Origin: Myxococcota bacterium
Lineage (GTDB): Bacteria > Myxococcota > JACRCW01
Assembly: GCA_040752415.1 (NCBI GenBank)
Contig: JBFMGU010000154.1
Location: forward strand, 1 to 25,765
DNA: 25,765 bases
Direction of reading: 5' to 3'
The translations under genes and the position numbers were made by a program. Below the pieces are notes generated by a model. The model had not been told where the DNA came from. It did no database searches and worked only from the letters and a program-made list of their open reading frames with translations. Of the stretch, positions 17,504-25,765 are shown one piece after another (position 1 is the first letter of the stretch; every line of letters begins with the position of its first letter).

Positions 17504-18748
17504 ATGAGCAGGAGACAACCGCGCATCATCAGCCTCTACACGGGCGCCGGCGGGATGGATTACGGATTTGAGGCGGCAGGCTTTCGCACTGCGGTTGCCG
17601 TTGAGATGAACCACGATTGCTGTGAGACATTGCGCCGCAACCGTCGCTTTCCGGTCATCGAGTCAAGCATCTTTGACGTCGCGAGTGAGGTGCTCCTTGA
17701 AACCGCGGGCTTGAAGCACGGTGAGGCGGATCTGCTCATCGGAGGTCCGCCGTGTCAGCCGTTCTCGAAGTCGGGTTACTGGGCTACCGGCGATTCACGT
17801 CGTCTCGACGATCCTCGCGCGGATACTCTGAGTGCGTACTTGCGTGTCCTCGAAGAGACACAGCCCGCGGCTTTCGTCCTCGAGAACGTGACCGGCATTG
17901 CGTACTCGGGAAAGAGCGAGGGTCTAGATCTCTTGGTTGACGCTGTTCGCCAGATCAATCGCCGCACCGGTTCGCGCTATGAGCCCGTGTACAAAGTGAT
18001 CAACGCGGCCACATATGGCGTGCCCCAGATTCGAGAGCGCTTCTTCATGGTCGCAGCGCGGGATGGCACGACCTTCAAGTTCCCAGCAGCGACTCACGGC
18101 GAGGTCGACCATGACGCCGGTGGCCTTTTTCAGATTGTGAAGCCGTACGTCCGCGCTTGGGATGCACTCGCGGGCCTTATGCCCGAGCCTGAAGAGGACC
18201 TGGCCATGCGAGGAAAGTGGGCGGACCTTCTGCCGACGATTCCCGAGGGGCAAAACTACCTGTGGCACACGGAGCGTGGTGGTGGAGAACCCCTCTTTGG
18301 GTGGCGACGACGCTTCTGGACGTTCCTCCTCAAGCTCGCAAAGGCTCTTCCCTCGTGGACAATTCAAGCGCAGCCGGGCCCTGCTGTCGGGCCCTTCCAT
18401 TGGGACAATCGACGGCTGAGCGTGCGTGAACTATGCCGCCTTCAGACGTTTCCCGACGACGTGATTCCGGTCGGTGGCCGCACGTCCATACAGAAGCAGG
18501 TGGGTAACGCGGTGCCGTCGCTCCTGACCGAGGTTTTGGGACGCGCCATTCGTGCCCAGCTACTGGAGGGCGGTGGGCCACGCGGAGAGCTGTCACTGCT
18601 TCCGCGTGATCGTGGAGATCCGCCCCCGCCACGTAAACCTTCGACGGTGCCACGCCGGTTCCTCCGCCAGCGCTCCCGAGACACGGCGCATCCTGGGACA
18701 GGCAAGGGCAGAGGCGCGGTTGCTCGGGCTCAGGAGTCGGCGCTTTGA
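17504..18748 (+). CDS. dcm: DNA (cytosine-5)-methyltransferase
   Basis: Motif I SLYTGAGG, IV GGPPCQPFS, VI ENV, VIII QIRERFF, IX RLQTFPDD, X QVGNAVP. GAGGAG RBS. Confidence 0.95.
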   Translation: MSRRQPRIISLYTGAGGMDYGFEAAGFRTAVAVEMNHDCCETLRRNRRFPVIESSIFDVASEVLLETAGLKHGEADLLIGGPPCQPFSKSGYWATGDSRRLDDPRADTLSAYLRVLEETQPAAFVLENVTGIAYSGKSEGLDLLVDAVRQINRRTGSRYEPVYKVINAATYGVPQIRERFFMVAARDGTTFKFPAATHGEVDHDAGGLFQIVKPYVRAWDALAGLMPEPEEDLAMRGKWADLLPTIPEGQNYLWHTERGGGEPLFGWRRRFWTFLLKLAKALPSWTIQAQPGPAVGPFHWDNRRLSVRELCRLQTFPDDVIPVGGRTSIQKQVGNAVPSLLTEVLGRAIRAQLLEGGGPRGELSLLPRDRGDPPPPRKPSTVPRRFLRQRSRDTAHPGTGKGRGAVARAQESAL

Positions 18749-19212
18749 CGCCGACGCAGGTGGCGCACGACCGCGCGTACCGCCCCCTCGGGATCCTTCA
18801 GCACGTCCGTCTCCCACACCCTGACGACGCTCCAGCCATCTGCACGGAGCGTCCGTGCAACCCGGCGGTCTCGAGACCGATTCGCGGCGATCTTGGCGAC
18901 CCAGTATTCGGGATTGGCGCGTCCTCTAAGACGAGTCTGAAGCGACGGCCAATGGCGACCGTGCCAAAAGTCTCCGTCACAGAAGACCGCCAAGAGGGCT
19001 GTCCTGAACACGATGTCGGGCTTGCCGGGCAGGTCGGCGCAGTGCGTCTCGAAGGCCAGACCCTTTGCCTTGAGGGCGCGTACCAGCGTGCGTTCCGCCT
19101 TGGTCTCCGTCGATCGTACGCTCCGCTTGATGCGCGACGACGTCTCGGATGCCGGCTTGAATCGTGAGTAGGGAGGGACCTTACTCATGTTCGCGATCGT
19201 GGGTGTCACCAT
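18730..19212 (-). CDS. vsr: Very short patch repair endonuclease
   Basis: TKAERTL, LPGKPDIVF, FCDGDFWHG, YWVAKIAANRSRD and GWSVVRVWE. Start at ATG 19212 (overlapping the upstream stop) or 19188. Confidence 0.93.
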   Translation of the reverse strand: MVTPTIANMSKVPPYSRFKPASETSSRIKRSVRSTETKAERTLVRALKAKGLAFETHCADLPGKPDIVFRTALLAVFCDGDFWHGRHWPSLQTRLRGRANPEYWVAKIAANRSRDRRVARTLRADGWSVVRVWETDVLKDPEGAVRAVVRHLRRRQSADS

Positions 19213-21275
19213 TCATCTCGCTCAAGCCAAAGCAACAGGTCCCGTTGCTCACTCAGCATTCCGGGCGCCCTGTCGCGCGCAGCAGACTTCAGCCGTCGGA
19301 CCACCCGACGGCCGTCTCGGAAACTTGAGAGATAGGCAATAACAAGCCGAAACGTCTCGACGTTTGTCGCCGCGCGAAAAACGGTTTCTGCTGGCCATTC
19401 GTCCGACGTGACCGCGTCTGCGAGCGCTCGCCGACAACGCTCGCATCGATCCCAGTTTGAGAACATTCCGAGAGCAGGGAAAAGCGATGACGCCTGGTCC
19501 CAGGCTCCCAGCGACACCTCTTGCTTGCTTAACGCGTCATGCGCGGCTTGAAAGGAAGCCTCCGCGAGGCGATTTGCCCGCGAGCCGACGGCCAATGCAC
19601 AACTGAAGAGGAACAGTCCGACGTCGCCACGGAGGGAACGCCTCGGCGTTGTTGCAATCGCTAACCACCTATCAGCACCGACGCGCTCGACCTCTCGACT
19701 GCGTGGGTCTGCGTATTGTGCGGCGGTGTCAAGAGCCGCCTGCGGTACGTCAGGGGCCGTCGCAAGCCAACGAACAAGAGCGCCGATTCGCCCTGTCAAC
19801 ACATTCCGCCAACGCCAAGTCAGTCTGGCGGTAGGATGCAAGACGCACCAATCCAAGAGATGACTAACGACATCATCGCCCCAGGTGCGGACCACGTCGT
19901 CCACGAGATCGTCGCTCCCCGCGTCGAGCATGCTCTGCACAATGTCTTTCCGAAGTGCAGCATCGGCGGCTGCAACGAGCGCGAACACCTGCCGCTGCTC
20001 CCAGGCCGACCGACGCCAGATAGCCGGTGACGCCGCGACACGTGCATCCTCCCGCACGAGATGGCAGAACACATCGATTCCATGGCCGAGTAGCTCCTTC
20101 GGGCGTTCGCGCAATAGGGTCGCCGTCACCGCTCTCAGCACCGCATCACGCAATTCGGATCGCGGCAGAACAAGGCAACTGCTGAGCAGCCGCATGCCAG
20201 CTTCAGGGTCTTGCCGGACGATGTTCTCAGCGCGCTCGCCAACTTTGAGACTGCCCGGGTCAAAAGCATCGGGTCGTGCTACCGACACAAGAGCCTCGAG
20301 CAGGCGGTCGTCGGAGCCGTCCGCTGGCGCCCCCAACAGGTCCTCCTTAAGCAGGCGCATCTGTCCTGCTGATTGGAACGCTTCACCGACGGTGCGCACG
20401 AGCGCAGAGTAATCCCTTGAGCGCTCGCTGTGTCGTCGGGCGTTGAAGATCTCCACCAACGTTGCGAACGCGGCGCGCGGCGGGTCAGCCTCTGCGCCAT
20501 ATCGCCAAAGAAACCGTCGAAGGTCCCGTGAGTCACTCTCGATGTCATCTAGAGCTGCCGCCAGCCAGGGCTCCGCTGGAGGCAGCGTGTCAACGAGGGA
20601 AAGCTCCTGCAGGTCGGCCTTTTCTCGTCGCCACCGCGTCGCGCCGACCCTAGTGGTGAATTGCAGGTCAAGCGGCCTGCCGCCGAGGGAGCGTGGGCGT
20701 CCGGACCACGTGCAGAAGGCAAAGCTGCGCCTCAGCCGCGGCCATTGTTGCGACCAGACGGCGAGAGTCGCCATTTCGACATCCGACGACGTCGCCGCGA
20801 CAGCCCACACCGCGCGGTCCGGATACTGATACAGGCCCCTGAGAATCGCCGACAGAAGCTCATGAGGCGGCACCCCATCGCGCGTCGCGCCTTTCACCCG
20901 TACGTCAACCGCTTCGCGGTAAGTGCTCCAGTCGCTGGAATCGATTTCAGCTTGGCCGGGACGCCGGAGTTCACCGAGGAGCGATCGCGCGTCGGACAAC
21001 TCCGCCAAGTCCTGAAAGTCTACGAGCAAACTGTGCGTCCAGGCGCATCCGGGTCGTGGGCGCTCTGGGGCCGACCACGTTCGCGCGAGGACGTAGAGTC
21101 CCGGCTCCGGTAGAGCATAGCCCGTTAGATACGACTCGTCGGGCGCCATGCTTGTCTGACCGGATAGGTCACTCATTGCGAGCATGGTCCGCAGAGCGTG
21201 AGGCGGAAGCTTCACGCTCGCTCCGAGCAGTTCGTGCCCGGCGCCGTACCCATGAAGCGCCTGCTCAACGCGCAT
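19206..21275 (-). CDS. GTPase-associated protein 1 (GAP1-N1 domain plus helical C-terminus)
   Basis: N-terminus QALHGYGAGHELLGAS...SDLSG...YLTGYAL...YVLARTWSAPERPRPGCAWTHSLL, then WSQQWPRLRRSFAFCT, fits GAP1-N1 proteins. Lies directly downstream of two GTPases. Confidence 0.8.
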   Translation of the reverse strand: MRVEQALHGYGAGHELLGASVKLPPHALRTMLAMSDLSGQTSMAPDESYLTGYALPEPGLYVLARTWSAPERPRPGCAWTHSLLVDFQDLAELSDARSLLGELRRPGQAEIDSSDWSTYREAVDVRVKGATRDGVPPHELLSAILRGLYQYPDRAVWAVAATSSDVEMATLAVWSQQWPRLRRSFAFCTWSGRPRSLGGRPLDLQFTTRVGATRWRREKADLQELSLVDTLPPAEPWLAAALDDIESDSRDLRRFLWRYGAEADPPRAAFATLVEIFNARRHSERSRDYSALVRTVGEAFQSAGQMRLLKEDLLGAPADGSDDRLLEALVSVARPDAFDPGSLKVGERAENIVRQDPEAGMRLLSSCLVLPRSELRDAVLRAVTATLLRERPKELLGHGIDVFCHLVREDARVAASPAIWRRSAWEQRQVFALVAAADAALRKDIVQSMLDAGSDDLVDDVVRTWGDDVVSHLLDWCVLHPTARLTWRWRNVLTGRIGALVRWLATAPDVPQAALDTAAQYADPRSREVERVGADRWLAIATTPRRSLRGDVGLFLFSCALAVGSRANRLAEASFQAAHDALSKQEVSLGAWDQASSLFPALGMFSNWDRCERCRRALADAVTSDEWPAETVFRAATNVETFRLVIAYLSSFRDGRRVVRRLKSAARDRAPGMLSEQRDLLLWLERDEW

Positions 21276-22152
21276 TGGGACGCGCCATGCGTGCGATCAG
21301 CGAGGCTATCGGACGCGTGATGTCGTGGCTGACTGCCTGGCCGTCGTCCACGACCGGTCGCTCGTGTGGTGCAAGTTTTTTCAGATGGTCACGTTGCTGC
21401 TCAGAGGTATAGTCCCCGCCCTGCGCGCTTATCCCGACGACATCGCACGGCAGCTGCTCATTCCCATCAAGGAACTGCGACAACAGCGGCAGTCGCTGCC
21501 TGAGCCAGTTCCGTGGTCCTTTGGTTTGGTCTCTCCATATGTCCCACGCGGATATGATTACGACCGCAGGCAGGGGGTGTCCGGCACGCCGCTCTGTCAT
21601 CAGTTGCAGAAGCTCTACGAGCATCACCTGCGTCGCGCAAATGTCGGCCGTCCACTCTGGCAACGGCGCCTGCACGCTTTGGGCAGACGGTGCGGACGCC
21701 GCGTCAGCGGCAACGTCTGCGACCTCGGCTGCAATGAGCTGCGCGTCGTCAAGGCGATGAGGGTCCTTGACCTCTGGCCCGATGAAGAAAAGCAAGCCCG
21801 TACACTGTGAAACGAGTTCGTCAAACTGGCGCGCCCAAGAACGATCGATGACGTGTCGTTCTACGCGCTCACCTGAGATGTCGGGAACTGAAAGCCTGAG
21901 GCGCTGCCCCGCGTCTGTGCGCAAGGCCAGCTCGATGTGCTCGTGACGGTCGACATCCGTTCTGCCAACTGGTTCGAACTTCAGCCAGCGATCTCGGATC
22001 TCGGCGAGGTAGCTCTTGTCAGAGTCAGTCACGCTGTCGACTGCAAGCGCGCTCTTGTCGGCGTCCATCAAGGCGTTCCACAGCGCTGCGATGAACGTCG
22101 TCTTGCCCGACCCATATGGCCCGACGGCGAGAAGGCGGACTTCATCAATCAT
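21265..22152 (-). CDS. TRAFAC-class GTPase of double-GTPase system (downstream copy)
   Basis: G1 GPYGSGKTT, G2 GRTD, G3 DISGE, divergent G4 SAWD. ATG at 22152 overlaps the upstream stop. Confidence 0.85.
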   Translation of the reverse strand: MIDEVRLLAVGPYGSGKTTFIAALWNALMDADKSALAVDSVTDSDKSYLAEIRDRWLKFEPVGRTDVDRHEHIELALRTDAGQRLRLSVPDISGERVERHVIDRSWARQFDELVSQCTGLLFFIGPEVKDPHRLDDAQLIAAEVADVAADAASAPSAQSVQAPLPEWTADICATQVMLVELLQLMTERRAGHPLPAVVIISAWDIWRDQTKGPRNWLRQRLPLLSQFLDGNEQLPCDVVGISAQGGDYTSEQQRDHLKKLAPHERPVVDDGQAVSHDITRPIASLIARMARPNAR

Positions 22153-23125
22153 GAGGCCGCGCCTCCCAGGCGCCATACCGCAAGAACGCCCGTGACGATT
22201 GCAGGTGCTGCGGGAGACGCTGATCAGTTGCAGGAAACTCGGATGTCCACGTCGAAATTAGCGCTTCAACTCCATTGCCCCACGTCAAACCGCGTCCATT
22301 GCGGGCTGCGGTGGAGTGGAGGCCGAGAGTTGGCGCATTGGTGATCGGCAACACCTTGGAAAAGCGGAACATGACGTCATCCGCGTTCGCCTGGCCTACG
22401 TCGACAAGATCGTGTTTCGTGATGACTACTTGAACGCCGGTCGCCCTTCGCAGCGCGCCGACCTCGCCCAGGCTTCGTATGAGGTGCGTGGATCTCGCTA
22501 CGCACGCGTGTCTCTTCGTCGGATCGGAGAGCATCAGTCCATCCAGTGTGACGACGACGGCGTCGGCCCGTTTCACGATTGGCAGAAGAGCGCTTTCAGA
22601 CGGACGGTCTCGCAGTTCGGCGAAGTGCTCGCCGGAGATGTCCGTGAACAGCAAGTCGATTAACTGGTTGGCCGTCTTGCGAACCCCAAGGTGCAGAAAC
22701 CGTGGTTCATCGTCGGCGTCTGTTCGTCGGGTGGCCGGCTGTTCGCGACCGCTGGTGATGCGAGCCTCGAAACAACGACGCTCGAAGCCGTGCAGAGTGA
22801 CCGAGCGAGCGAACCTGTGCTCGCGTGCAGCACCCGCCCCAAAAAGCTCAAAGACGGTGGCGAGAAGAGTCGTCTTCCCACTCTCAACGTCACCAACAAA
22901 GACGACGAGCCGCGCAGGCCATCGCCCCATCACAGTGGCCGTCTCCGCCGCGGAGAGCGCCTCTGCATCCCGGAGCGCGATCCCCTCTTCCGGCTTGGCC
23001 CGCTTCGGCGCGGCTGGCACCGCGCGCTTGCGCCAATGCGGACACTCCTCGAGCGCTAGCCCTTCGAGGCACTTGCCGGTGCTCGCTGCCGAGCAGCCGC
23101 TCTGAGGACAGGGTTGCTCAGCCAT
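22145..23125 (-). CDS. TRAFAC-class GTPase of double-GTPase system (upstream copy) with N-terminal Cys cluster
   Basis: G1 GDVESGKTT, G2 RRTD, G3 DISGE, G4 TKHD. N-terminal CPQSGC...C...CPH. Confidence 0.85.
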   Translation of the reverse strand: MAEQPCPQSGCSAASTGKCLEGLALEECPHWRKRAVPAAPKRAKPEEGIALRDAEALSAAETATVMGRWPARLVVFVGDVESGKTTLLATVFELFGAGAAREHRFARSVTLHGFERRCFEARITSGREQPATRRTDADDEPRFLHLGVRKTANQLIDLLFTDISGEHFAELRDRPSESALLPIVKRADAVVVTLDGLMLSDPTKRHACVARSTHLIRSLGEVGALRRATGVQVVITKHDLVDVGQANADDVMFRFSKVLPITNAPTLGLHSTAARNGRGLTWGNGVEALISTWTSEFPATDQRLPQHLQSSRAFLRYGAWEARPHD

Positions 23126-24161
23126 TCTTGTTCTCGGTCACGAGGCGCAGGGCGATTCGCTCTGCGAACAGCTGCTCAGATAGCTCCAGTGGGCGTAGGG
23201 CACGCGCGGCATCCTGCTGCTTGCCCTGCCCGGCAAGGACCGCGTGTATCGGCAACAGGTCATGCAGGGACATGACACCCTCCTCCGTCACGCGGTCCCG
23301 GACCTTTGCGCTTGTCGCTTCCAAGACCTCATTGAGCTTGAGCTGTGAATCGAGGTCAATCTTACCATCGATGAGCGCGCGTCTGAGGAAGGCGCGGGCA
23401 TTCGGTGGCGGAGGGACAAGTGCAAACCTGTCAGCCAGCTCGATTGCTATCACGACCGGAAGCGCTGGGCGCTTCACGTCGGCGAATTGTTGCTCAGCAA
23501 GGTCGCTCCAATTGGAGAAAAGCCACCAGAGCACGTCGGATTCCTCACTGGCTGCATCCGACCGAGACTCAACGACCTCGCTCAGCTCGGAGACGCACTC
23601 GTGGAGCTTGGCAAGAGCATCATTCACACCGTCCACAAACTTCTTGAAGATCGCTACGTCTGGCGGCACAGTGAGCTTCTCAATTTCCGTTAGGGCCCCC
23701 TTGATGGGCTTTCCTGGGTAGGCCGGAACGGCAGGGAACTCGACGTCAGGATCGCGGAGCCGCTCTGCTTCCTCAAGCAAGACGGCTGCCGCGGCAGCGC
23801 GTAGCGTGTCGTTCACCGGCTTCTGTTCACTGAACCGCAGGCAGTTGATAAGTGCCGCTCCGGCGAGAGCCGCGGGTCCGGCGTTCTGCAACAAGGTCGC
23901 TAAGGCAGCGCCAGCCAGAACCTGCAGCTCATTGTCGTTGCGCATCAAGAACGACGCATCCGCTTTCTTGAACGCGCTTCTCAGAGAGTCTGCGTAGGTG
24001 CTGTCTGCGGCAAGCCGATGAGCGAGGCGAACCAGTTGTGGAACAGTCTCACGCTTTGCCGCCTTGACTATCTCCGTCACGCCTGACCAGCGTTTCTCGA
24101 GCGCCTCCGCGTCAGTGCCCAAGCCCGCTTCGGAATACCAATCGGCGAATAAGTCGTGCAT
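23118..24161 (-). CDS. GTPase-associated system all-helical protein (GASH-like)
   Basis: 347 aa, helical composition. FADWY, KRWSG, NELQVLAG and EESDVLWWLFSNWS. GGAG RBS. Position within the operon fits. Confidence 0.75.
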   Translation of the reverse strand: MHDLFADWYSEAGLGTDAEALEKRWSGVTEIVKAAKRETVPQLVRLAHRLAADSTYADSLRSAFKKADASFLMRNDNELQVLAGAALATLLQNAGPAALAGAALINCLRFSEQKPVNDTLRAAAAAVLLEEAERLRDPDVEFPAVPAYPGKPIKGALTEIEKLTVPPDVAIFKKFVDGVNDALAKLHECVSELSEVVESRSDAASEESDVLWWLFSNWSDLAEQQFADVKRPALPVVIAIELADRFALVPPPPNARAFLRRALIDGKIDLDSQLKLNEVLEATSAKVRDRVTEEGVMSLHDLLPIHAVLAGQGKQQDAARALRPLELSEQLFAERIALRLVTENKNG

Positions 24162-24170
24162 GGTCCGCTC

Positions 24171-25505
24171 CTACTGCTGCGATTGAGAAAAGGGATTGCT
24201 CTTGGCTCCGTCGGGATACTGCGCTTCAACTGCGTCCCAAAGCGCTGCAACCACGCGGCGTTCCTTCGCGCGTGCAAAGAGTCGACGGCTCAGTTCTGGG
24301 TCATTCACTCCCTGATCACTGTCATCGATGAGTTCAAGCTTCGCCGCGATTGTCATGCGCTTATGAAACGGTAGGCTCAGGAACCTATGGACGAGCGTGC
24401 GATGCGGATTCATAGGTGCCTCTTGGCGCCCCACCGCCGGTGATGCGGTCGGCCCTGGCTGAGCAGGAAGGGCTTGCGCGGCGGCGGGTGCTGGTGTTGA
24501 CGGGCTCCATGCCGGCAGGCTGAGGAAGTATTGGAAGAAATCTCGGCCCGTCCTGGGATCGCGCTCGGCGACGAACTCCTTCGAGTCAGACCAAATGCGC
24601 GAGTACACCCGCACGTCGAGGCGCCGGTTGTTCCCGCTTCCGTTGACGCTGATCGCGAGTGCATTGAATCGTGGAATCCACTTTGGCTCCCTGCGATTCG
24701 GATGGACCGCACCAGCGACGATTCTTAGATTGCCGTCGATCTCCGAGCGTGTTTGGACGTGTTTGTGCCCGAAAAGTTGGAGTCGGACCCGTGCCCGGAG
24801 ATCACTCTCGACGGTGTCGACATCCCGGAGCCAATTCGGAGGGTGATGGCACAACGTCATGTGAATCACGCCTTCGAGACGGGGCAGATTCGTTTGTGCG
24901 GCCCCGAGAATGAGCCGCCCGTCGCCATCGCTGTCGTCGTCATCGGAGACGAGCGTTGAGTTGAGCCCTGACAGGCGCAGGGTGGATCCGTCATTCAGCT
25001 TCAAGTCACTCTGCCAAAAGGGTCGTTCGCGACTCACGTCGCACTCGAACCGCATCGCAAACAGGTTGTACTCGGTGAGCGGCTCAAGAAGCAGATTGCA
25101 GCTCGCTGGCTCCTGCATGTATCCCCGCAGACGGTCGTCGAGTTCTTCAAGGGTGCACGTCCTGAAAGCCTTGTGCGCGTCTCTCAGGATGCCGCATTCG
25201 CGGATGCGCTTTCGGTCGACGTCGTGGTTTCCCGGGACTGTCCAAACCATGTCGGTCGGACATTTCGCGATGGCGCACAGCGCGTCCAGCCATGTGGCGG
25301 CCTTTTCGTACTCAGTTCGGGCTCCGCTGTATGCGATGTCACCAGTGACGATGATGCCAGTGGCCGACCCCAACTGTTGCACTAGGACTCCAACGTCGCG
25401 CTCGACCTCGTCGCGGAGGTCCTTGTCCAAGTCGAACCGCGTGCCGTCGCTGTGCTTGTTGAAGTGTACGTCGGAGAGGTGCAGGAGCCAGAGCCTTGTC
25501 TCCAT
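24171..25505 (-). CDS. Calcineurin-like metallophosphoesterase fused to a C-terminal GAAD-like adaptor domain
   Basis: All five motifs present: HLSDVH, TGDIA, GNHD, CHHP, GHKH. A Pro/Ala linker follows, then helical RTLVHRFLSLPFHKRMTIAAKLEL...LFARAKERRVVAALWDAV. ATG at 25505. Confidence 0.88.
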   Translation of the reverse strand: METRLWLLHLSDVHFNKHSDGTRFDLDKDLRDEVERDVGVLVQQLGSATGIIVTGDIAYSGARTEYEKAATWLDALCAIAKCPTDMVWTVPGNHDVDRKRIRECGILRDAHKAFRTCTLEELDDRLRGYMQEPASCNLLLEPLTEYNLFAMRFECDVSRERPFWQSDLKLNDGSTLRLSGLNSTLVSDDDDSDGDGRLILGAAQTNLPRLEGVIHMTLCHHPPNWLRDVDTVESDLRARVRLQLFGHKHVQTRSEIDGNLRIVAGAVHPNRREPKWIPRFNALAISVNGSGNNRRLDVRVYSRIWSDSKEFVAERDPRTGRDFFQYFLSLPAWSPSTPAPAAAQALPAQPGPTASPAVGRQEAPMNPHRTLVHRFLSLPFHKRMTIAAKLELIDDSDQGVNDPELSRRLFARAKERRVVAALWDAVEAQYPDGAKSNPFSQSQQ

Positions 25506-25638
25506 GAAGTCCCCGTGGTCTGGGAGGCCCAGCCGAGTTCTGGCGAACTGTCGGCCCGGAGCGGTTGCCGGGTCAATGGTTTCGGATGTTATCCTATACC
25601 TGATCTCGCAGTCCGAAACGGATCCCGACCCGCGCGCC

Positions 25639-25765
25639 CCATCGGTCTCATGCGGCAGGCTCCCCTTCCGGGTTGTTGGCCCGGTTGCCCGCCGCCATAG
25701 CACGCGAGGACGCCCGCGGGGTCATCTCCGACGAGACGTGGCCTACCCGCAGCTCCAGCGCCAGC
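25639..25765 (+). repeat. Direct repeat, right copy (runs to window end)
   Basis: Identical by eye to 15462-15588. Includes a copy of the SDR start codon (25651) and its upstream region. Confidence 0.95.

Larger units (their letters stand above)
15909..25638. mobile_element. Putative defence island (~9.7 kb), no integrase
   Basis: Bounded by truncated ybhB on the left and a duplicated host segment on the right. All genes are conflict/RM-type. Codons visibly use more A/T third positions than the flanking genes (qualitative). Confidence 0.75.

Noticed and set aside
25587..25600. ATCCTATAC resembling an IS91 oriIS end near the island's right junction
   Set aside because: The match is short, is not followed by a GTTC-like tetramer, lies about 40 bp from the junction, and has no transposase remnant.
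25506..25703. N-terminal extension of the 510-aa phosphoesterase ORF
   Set aside because: The extension runs through non-coding and duplicated host sequence. The domain begins at METRLWLLHLSD (ATG 25505).
1..25765. CRISPR array, tRNA or rRNA
   Set aside because: No regularly spaced repeat-spacer units or recognisable tRNA/rRNA sequence were seen by eye.

Overview
High-GC bacterial DNA; gene content suggests Myxococcota (inference). Three zones. (1) 1-2850 is mobile-element debris: the C-terminal tip of a polymorphic toxin plus a HEAT/LRV-repeat immunity gene, three related recombination-site-like motifs (two forming a 121-bp hairpin), the 5' half of a group II intron, an internally deleted IS91-like element carrying a captured gene fragment, and a broken GNAT gene. 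(2) 2836-15900 holds mostly ordinary genes: PhzF, a stand-alone E2-type acyltransferase plus His-rich beta-propeller, AraC, a sugar ABC transporter, a 271-bp REP-like inverted repeat, an APH kinase, two Ser-linker lipoproteins, an SDR and a truncated ybhB. (3) About 15909-25638 is a ~9.7-kb integrase-free putative defence island bounded by a direct repeat (15462-15588 = 25639-25765, running off the window end). It holds two convergent operons: KTSC > PD-(D/E)XK nuclease > C5 cytosine methyltransferase on +, and metallophosphoesterase-GAAD > GASH > GTPase > GTPase > GAP1 > Vsr on -. This pairing of a double-GTPase conflict system with an m5C methylase/nuclease/Vsr module is the best candidate for an uncharacterised system. 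Family names come from motif recognition by eye, not from database searches.
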